A stretch of DNA of 37,057 nt from an uncultured virus (IMG/VR IMGVR_UViG_2061766007_004269) (Duplodnaviria; Heunggongvirae; Uroviricota; Caudoviricetes): IMG/VR virus record IMGVR_UViG_2061766007_004269. The stretch is one strand, 5' to 3'. This document shows positions 32,094 through 37,057 of the stretch, in pieces. The notes beneath the pieces are model-generated. The model was not told the DNA's origin. It saw nothing but the letters and a program-made list of their open reading frames with translations, and did no database searches. Positions within the stretch are counted from its first letter, which is position 1. Each line of letters opens with the position of its first letter. Both the position numbers and the translations under genes were made by a program.

Positions 32094-32484
32094 GGTTTCA
32101 CCAGCCTTTCGCCGATGGCTTTCTCAACGGCGGCANNNNNNNNNNNNNNNNNNNNNNNNNNNNNNNNNNNNNNNNNNNNNNNNNNNNNNNNNNNNNNNNN
32201 NNNNNNNNNNNNNNNNNNNNNNNNNNNNNNNCGTCCCCAACGATCGGCTGTCCGTGCTTGTGGGTCTCATACAGCCAGGAAGCGTAAAAATTGAGAACCG
32301 GCTTATCTTTGCAAAGCCCTTCTTCATCGATGACCATCATGTAGGGCTCTTCCAGCCCCCGGGGATACACGTTTTCAAAGTATTCACACCCGATTTGCTG
32401 CGGATACCACGTCCATTCCCGTTTGTCAGGCACTTCGATGATATCAGCTGTGCCATTTACATTCAGCTTAACTGCGTATTTCAT
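32090..32484 (-). CDS. DUF3846-like protein
   Basis: IGCEYFENV...MVIDEEGL...N..ASWLY...PIVGD motifs. Confidence 0.65.
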
Positions 32485-32487
32485 TGC

Positions 32488-32904
32488 TCAATCCTCCTGT
32501 GCGGCCGCAATGGTCAGCGGCTTATCGTCCAAGCCAAAATCCGCATATCCTTCCATGATGGTCATCAGGTATCCGGTTGACGGCGGGCATTTGTCCCGGA
32601 TCCCGTCCGTCATCACGTAGGCCATGGCTGTGATGGTCTTCCCGTTGACCTTCACCCGGAAATCCTGTTTCACATACAGCCGGGGATAACCCTCATAGGC
32701 ATCCAGGCGCTTTTCATCCTCCGCGCTGATCTTCCAGACCGCGCACTGCACGGACGCGCCGGGCTTCGGTTCGATGGTGGCCACGCTGCGGAACACCAGC
32801 TCGTAGTCGTTCACTGTAACGGTGCCCACCGGCACGGCGTCCGGGCAGCGGAACGCCATTTGCCGTTTGTTCAGGTTCGAGCCATAGGCGAGATAGTATT
32901 TCAT
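32488..32904 (-). CDS. Gamma-glutamylcyclotransferase (GGCT/AIG2-like)
   Basis: YYLAYGSNL N-terminal loop and LDAYEGYP catalytic-Glu motif. Confidence 0.85.
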   Translation of the reverse strand: MKYYLAYGSNLNKRQMAFRCPDAVPVGTVTVNDYELVFRSVATIEPKPGASVQCAVWKISAEDEKRLDAYEGYPRLYVKQDFRVKVNGKTITAMAYVMTDGIRDKCPPSTGYLMTIMEGYADFGLDDKPLTIAAAQED

Positions 32905-33071
32905 GTTCTGTCCTCCTTGATCAGTTCATAGTCTACATATCCGTTGCAGTCTGCCCATTCATCAGCCAGCTCCATGGCCTCAGCTTCATCGAAAGCAAAG
33001 ATGGATTTGTACCGGAAAACCTTATGCCCGGGGCGGTACATCTTGAACAGATAATTCGCGCAGACTCTCAT
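32901..33071 (-). CDS. Small hypothetical protein (56 aa; below ORF-track cutoff)
   Basis: MRVCANYLFKMYRPGHKVFRYKSIFAFDEAEAMELADEWADCNGYVDYELIKEDRT*; RBS GAAAGGA; ATGA overlap with GGCT. Confidence 0.6.
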   Translation of the reverse strand: MRVCANYLFKMYRPGHKVFRYKSIFAFDEAEAMELADEWADCNGYVDYELIKEDRT

Positions 33072-33123
33072 TGGTCAATCCTTTCTGCCGGGGATTGAGG
33101 GCTCCCCGGCTGGCCCGTGTCCG

Positions 33124-33713
33124 TTATGCCCAGTATTGCTGGAGTTCGCCGTTGTGCATCTCATAGCCGTGGGTGACGTTGCCCCGGACGTTGAAGACGA
33201 TATAGTTCCAGTCCCAGGCTTCAAAGAGTGCCTTGCGTTCATAGGTGCCGACCTTCCGGACCTGGCGGTGGCGGTTGATCTCAGTCTTAGCCACTTCGTG
33301 GACGATCACGATTTTGGACCGGTCGAAGCCGAACTCATCGGCGATCATATCGGCGGNNNNNNNNNNNNNNNNNNNNNNNNNNNNNNNTATTCCGCCTGGC
33401 TGACGTTGTGCTCGTCCTCGAAAGGCGTCCATTCCTGTTCCTTCTCCAGCTCGGCTTCCAGGCGAGCGATCTGAGCTTCCTTTTCCTTGATGGACTGCAT
33501 CAGGCTCTTTTCGGTTTCCATCATCGTGGAGCGCAGCCGTTCGATGGTCTCCAGTCGCTTATCATGCACCTTCTGGATGCCGCCGTTTTTCAGGAAGTGC
33601 TGGCAGAAGGCTTTCTTGTCGCCGTCGAAGGCGTAATATTCTTCTTCGATCAGGGCGTATTCTTCGGGGCTGGGTTCAAATCCGGTCAGGTCTGTGAATT
33701 CGTGGAGCATCAT
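33124..33713 (-). CDS. Hypothetical coiled-coil protein (two ORFs joined across a gap)
   Basis: MMLHEFTDLTGFEP...; RBS GGAGG; continues after the N gap to GYEMHNGELQQYWA*. Confidence 0.65.
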
Positions 33714-33727
33714 TTTCAAATTCCTCC

Positions 33728-33756
33728 TTGATTTTTTTGCCTTACTCTGTTACCAT
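33728..33756 (+). promoter_or_regulatory. Sigma-A-like promoter antisense to the accessory operon
   Basis: TTGATT-17 nt-TACCAT with extended TGn. Confidence 0.5.
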
Positions 33757-33759
33757 CAA

Positions 33760-33837
33760 GGAGGCGGGGGTAAGGCTCCCCGCTCTCCCTCCTGGGGGAT
33801 TGGCCGGTGTGCTGTGGTAGGTGGCACCGGCCTTTCC
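33760..33837 (+). ncRNA. Candidate small RNA (about 75 nt, two hairpins)
   Basis: Downstream of the promoter; stems GCGGGG/CCCCGC and GGCCGGTG/CACCGGCC followed by TTT. Confidence 0.4.
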
Positions 33838-33963
33838 TTATGCCTTGACCTTGCTCTCACGCACGATCTTGGCGGCTTCCTCAGCTGCTTCCTTGTCCTT
33901 GAGCGTCGCTTCGATCAGCTTTGCGATATTCTCAAGGTACTGGTTCAGCTCCTGGGCTGTCAT
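33838..33963 (-). CDS. Small helical protein (41 aa)
   Basis: MTAQELNQYLENIAKLIEATLKDKEAAEEAAKIVRESKVKA; strong RBS GGAGGGAGG; own promoter at 34020-34048. Confidence 0.6.
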   Translation of the reverse strand: MTAQELNQYLENIAKLIEATLKDKEAAEEAAKIVRESKVKA

Positions 33964-34019
33964 CTCGTCCACTTTCCTCCCTCCTTCCGCAAGAGCTTTT
34001 CGCTCTGCCTTACATGCAG

Positions 34020-34048
34020 ATAGTACCACAAAAAATTGTACTTGTCAA
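34020..34048 (-). promoter_or_regulatory. Sigma-A promoter with overlapping operator-like inverted repeat
   Basis: TTGACA-17-TACTAT with TGn; AGTACCA-N7-TTGTACT at 34022-34042. Confidence 0.75.
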
Positions 34049-34110
34049 CTGATTTTTTGAAGAAAATCAAATAATTTTTGTAATTGTCCAAAGAAATATT
34101 TAACCACCGA

Positions 34111-35046
34111 TCACGCCGTACGTGCGGTGGTCTGTTCTTCTCCAAAGGCAGCGGTCAGANNNNNNNNNNNNNNNNNNNNNNNNNNNNCCGGCCCCCGCAT
34201 CCCCAGCCGGTTCTTGAGCACTGCCAGCATCAGCTTCCCGCGCCTGGCGGCGTCGGTGTAGTGGGCGCTCTTCATGAAGTGCAAATTGTTGTCCTTGGCG
34301 TTGATCGCCCAGGCGCTCATGGCCAGGCAGAACTGAACGTAGGCTTTGATCTTCCCGGCGTGGGTGGTGCCGTTGAACAGCCGGAACTCCACGGTGCCCT
34401 TGGTGAAGAAAGCGTGCAGATTGACGCCGTGGTACCTGGAGGAATCGTAGTGGGCGTGGCAGATCCCGCCGGTGTGACCGTCGTTGACAGCGCTGTACCA
34501 GATGCGCTCCATGCTTTCCCTGGTGCGGACGCGATCACGCTTCATGGCGGCCAGCAGGTTGGCGTTGATCTTTTTGCACCAGCGGTTGGCCCTGTCACCG
34601 ATCTCCAGCGCCTCGTAGAATAGATCCTGACGGCCCACGGCGAAGTTGATCAGCCGGGTCAGAGAATCTGGGTTGTGATTCACGCCGTCAACGTGAACGT
34701 GGATGCCGCAGCTGCTGTTGGCGAAGGCGCCGGCTTCGCGGAGCTTCCGGACGATCTCCTGCAAATCGCTCAGATCCTCGTATTGCAGGATGGGGGTCAC
34801 TACTTCGCAGCGGTAATCGCCGGGGGTTCTCCCTTCGCTGGCCGGGCGAATATGGCCGCCCACTTTGACCTCGGGATTGATGGAGCTGTCTCGGCAGCAT
34901 TTCCAGATCCGGTGCTTCCTGTCCTTCGCCGTCCAGGTATCGTATACATCATTGTGGTGGCTGGNNNNNNNNNNNNNNNNNNNNNNNCGGGTGATGCCGG
35001 TCAATTCGATCTCTACGCCGAAGTTCTGATTCTGAATGGTGATCAT
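34111..35046 (-). CDS. Putative amidoligase (Amidoligase_2, COOH-NH2 ligase fold)
   Basis: FGVEIE, DSSI, EVVTPIL, SCGIHVHV, RYHGVN and GTVEFRLF motifs. Confidence 0.85.
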   Translation of the reverse strand: MITIQNQNFGVEIELTGITXXXXXXXXXSHHNDVYDTWTAKDRKHRIWKCCRDSSINPEVKVGGHIRPASEGRTPGDYRCEVVTPILQYEDLSDLQEIVRKLREAGAFANSSCGIHVHVDGVNHNPDSLTRLINFAVGRQDLFYEALEIGDRANRWCKKINANLLAAMKRDRVRTRESMERIWYSAVNDGHTGGICHAHYDSSRYHGVNLHAFFTKGTVEFRLFNGTTHAGKIKAYVQFCLAMSAWAINAKDNNLHFMKSAHYTDAARRGKLMLAVLKNRLGMRGPXXXXXXXXXXLTAAFGEEQTTARTA

Positions 35047-35073
35047 GGTTTCGTCTCCTTTCATTCCGCGGGA

Positions 35074-35687
35074 TCAGTGGAGAACAGCGCGGTTTCCGGC
35101 GAGGGTGAGGACGGTGTACTCAAAGTGGTTGTTCTCCCAGCGGCGGGTGACTTTGGCGATCCGGCTGAGTTTCAGGTGCGGCNNNNNNNNNNNNNNNNNN
35201 NNNNNNNNNNNNNNNNNNGGATTTGCTTGACAGCATCGGAGTTGTAGTCAATTCCTTGGTTCTGTTCAACATGGAACCGGGCGTTCATTCTGTCATAATG
35301 CTTCTGCATCGCTTCCTCAGCGTCCTTGCCTTCCAGGTACCAGTCAGTGCCGCGATGGCGTCCCATTTGCGTGAACACGCGCTTTTCGATCACTTCCAGC
35401 CGCTCGTTCCAGATGATGGCGTTCCGGCCGAACCCCACTTCGTTGATCACCTGCTTATCGGTGCAGCGGCCAATCGTGAGAATCACCGCGTCGCTGGTGC
35501 GGAAGCTTTCGCCCCAGATGGTTTCCTGCGTCAGCAGGATCCGGACAACTTCGTTTCCCTTCCGAAAGTCAATCTTAGCGATTTCGCCCTGGGAACCGTT
35601 CATCGTGTTGGTGTTGATCTGGTAACCGGCATTCAGATATTCGGCGACTTTGGCGGCGTAGATGGCGTTGATTTCATTGGACTTCAT
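35074..35687 (-). CDS. Hypothetical protein (about 200 aa, joined across a gap)
   Basis: MKSNEINAIYAAKVAEYL...TMNGSQGEIAKID; RBS AAGGGAG; ends GNRAVLH*. Confidence 0.65.
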
Positions 35688-35737
35688 GGTGTTTGTCTCC
35701 CTTCGTTGATGTATCATTTGGTATCGCTTACAACCAT

Positions 35738-35766
35738 ATAGTACAACAATTTCTTGTACTTGTCAA
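35738..35766 (-). promoter_or_regulatory. Sigma-A promoter with overlapping operator-like inverted repeat
   Basis: TTGACA-17-TACTAT; perfect AGTACAA-N7-TTGTACT at 35740-35760. Confidence 0.75.
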
Positions 35767-35806
35767 CACTTAATTCAAAAAAATTTTGAAATAATCCAAT
35801 AAAATA

Positions 35807-35835
35807 TTGACCATGAAAAATTATTGTGGTATGAT
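35807..35835 (+). promoter_or_regulatory. Sigma-A promoter of the divergent HTH gene
   Basis: TTGACC-17-TATGAT with extended TGn. Confidence 0.65.
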
Positions 35836-35860
35836 AACAGCCAGAAGGAGGTGAGCAGGT

Positions 35861-36145
35861 ATGCCGACCATCGCGGATAGCGTTCGCATGGCGCTGACCA
35901 AGGCAAACAAAAAGCAGAAAGACCTTGCTGAATTACTGGGGAAAACAAAGCAGAGCATGTCGATGAAGTTTGCGAATGACACATTCTTCGGAGATGATCT
36001 TGTCACCATAGCGAAATTCACTGGTGGGAAATTGGCCTTCGTATATCCTGACGGCACGATCATCAACATCGATGTTGATTTGGATATGTCCAAGAAGCGG
36101 AATCAAAAGAAAGCCCCGGATTCACCATCCGAGGCCGGGGAGTAG
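35861..36145 (+). CDS. XRE-family helix-turn-helix regulator
   Basis: KKQKDLAELLGKTKQSMSMKF HTH; RBS AAGGAGGT. Confidence 0.8.
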   Translation: MPTIADSVRMALTKANKKQKDLAELLGKTKQSMSMKFANDTFFGDDLVTIAKFTGGKLAFVYPDGTIINIDVDLDMSKKRNQKKAPDSPSEAGE

Positions 36146-36147
36146 AG

Positions 36148-36408
36148 TTACTTGGTTATCAAGCGGCCTGTCCGATCATGGGTGATCTTCGGCTCCTTGT
36201 TGGGCACCCTGACAACGATTTCTGTGAGGTCACAATCCAACGCTTCACAGATTAGGTCCAGGTGCTCCAGACTGACCCTCTCGGCGATCTCATTGTAAAG
36301 CTCGCTGATGGTGGTGGGCCGAATGCTCGTGATCCGCGCCAGCTCCGCCTGATTCATCCGGAGCTCGCCAAGCTTCCGGGAGAGAGTGATCTTAATCATC
36401 GCAACCAT
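36148..36408 (-). CDS. Cro/C1-type HTH regulator (HTH_26-like)
   Basis: MNQAELARITSIRPTTISELYN...LDLICEALDC; RBS AAAGGAG. Confidence 0.8.
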   Translation of the reverse strand: MVAMIKITLSRKLGELRMNQAELARITSIRPTTISELYNEIAERVSLEHLDLICEALDCDLTEIVVRVPNKEPKITHDRTGRLITK

Positions 36409-36524
36409 GCTCCTTTGCGTGACAGTCTAACACCAGAAGCAATTCTCGTCTGGAATATGTTGTAAAATCACGTATGATGTTAGAATATGACGAATACCGT
36501 CACACGATGGAGGGCCGCGGACAT

Positions 36525-36568
36525 AAAAAAAGGACTTATTCTTCACAAATGAAGTATAAGCCCTTTTT
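36525..36568 (-). terminator. Intrinsic (bidirectional) terminator downstream of ssrA
   Basis: GGACTTAT-TCTTCA / TGAAG-TATAAGCCC imperfect stem flanked by A7 and T5. Confidence 0.65.
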
Positions 36569-36668
36569 GTGTGCCGGTCATTCGAGATCGGCGATTTTGA
36601 CTTCGAGGACGAACAATCCCTTGACCATGTAGATTACCGGGGTTTTGGTTCGTCCAGCGAAACTAAAG

Positions 36669-36835
36669 TGGAGGTGAGGAGAATCGAACTCCTGTCCGAA
36701 GATTCGGTTGTACAGCTTTCTCCGAGCGCAGGCAGGGATTTGACATTCCCTCCCCCGCACGCCCCCCGCCGGGCTTACGGGATCAGTAGCTTCATGGTGC
36801 CGGGCTATGGCAAAGCTTACATAGCCCCGTTCCCT
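36669..36835 (-). ncRNA. ssrA: tmRNA, 3' portion (5' part lost in scaffold gap)
   Basis: Minus strand ends TTCGGACAGGAGTTCGATTCTCCTCACCTCCA: T-arm plus acceptor 3' strand with U70 (Ala identity). The upstream CTGCGCTCGGAGAAAG is typical of Firmicutes tmRNA, and there is no anticodon arm. Confidence 0.85.
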
Positions 36836-36932
36836 NNNNNNNNNNACGATCCGGCTTGGGTTCTACGATCCCTGGCTGGACGAATACGTGGGTACCATCG
36901 ACGTGAAAATCCGGTAATCCAGAAGAAAAAGC

Positions 36933-36970
36933 AAAACGCCCGCGGAGCGGATCGCTACGCGGGCGTTTTT
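36933..36970 (+). terminator. Intrinsic terminator of a host gene ending at about 36917
   Basis: AAAACGCCCGCG...CGCGGGCGTTTTT after a frame reading ...YVGTIDVKIR*. Confidence 0.65.
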
Positions 36971-37057
36971 CATGGAAAGGGGGGCGGGAGAAACCGTCCT
37001 TGGGCCTGCAATGAACGGCTTCCCCCGCTTTTTCTTCGCGCGGCGGTTCCACGATGA

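Larger units (their letters stand above)
1..36669. mobile_element. Prophage (siphovirus-like), late/structural, lysis and accessory modules; left part lies outside the window
   Basis: Contiguous head-tail-lysis gene order on +, an accessory cluster on -, ending at the 3' end of tmRNA. No integrase, terminase or portal in the window. Confidence 0.93.

Noticed and set aside
1..35220. Many apparent frameshifts or pseudogenes (minor capsid, capsid, TMP, avd, RT, others)
   Set aside because: Apart from the programmed site at 6589, the frame changes I traced coincide with N runs of estimated length, so there is no evidence of real decay.
36669..36745. tRNA-Ala gene
   Set aside because: T-arm and acceptor 3' strand are present, but no anticodon or D arm lies at tRNA spacing; the upstream sequence fits tmRNA.
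36569..37057. 162-aa ORF at the window end
   Set aside because: It is antisense to tmRNA and crosses a gap. Its first 30 or so codons might be a remnant next to the att site, but I cannot support that from sequence alone.
36836..37057. Truncated or permuted tmRNA
   Set aside because: The 5' half is missing exactly at an 11-N gap followed by an unrelated gene end and terminator; a scaffolding gap is the simpler explanation.

Overview
The window is the late (structural and lysis) half and right end of a temperate siphovirus-like prophage, probably in a high-GC Clostridia-type host (inferred from gene families, sigma-A-type promoters and the tmRNA sequence). On the + strand, in order: minor capsid protein with a C-terminal HExxH domain, scaffold, major capsid, head-tail joining genes, major tail protein, tail chaperones with an A_AAA_AAG -1 frameshift site, a very long tape measure protein (about 2,900 aa, at least 23 x 45-aa repeats), distal tail protein, and a tail spike with 9 x 29-aa repeats. 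Next is a giant (about 2,400 aa) multidomain tail/receptor-binding protein that is the target of a complete diversity-generating retroelement (VR, avd-like gene, TR, structured spacer, RT), followed by an amidase+glucosaminidase endolysin and holins. A - strand accessory cluster follows (amidoligase, gamma-glutamylcyclotransferase, DUF3846-like and small ORFs). It has two near-identical promoter/operator sites and a candidate small RNA. Two HTH regulators and the 3' half of tmRNA (ssrA), the likely integration site, close the prophage. Many N runs behave as scaffold gaps of estimated length: they break reading frames, hide gene starts and appear to have scrambled the VR/TR repeat. Family assignments come from recognised motifs, not database searches.
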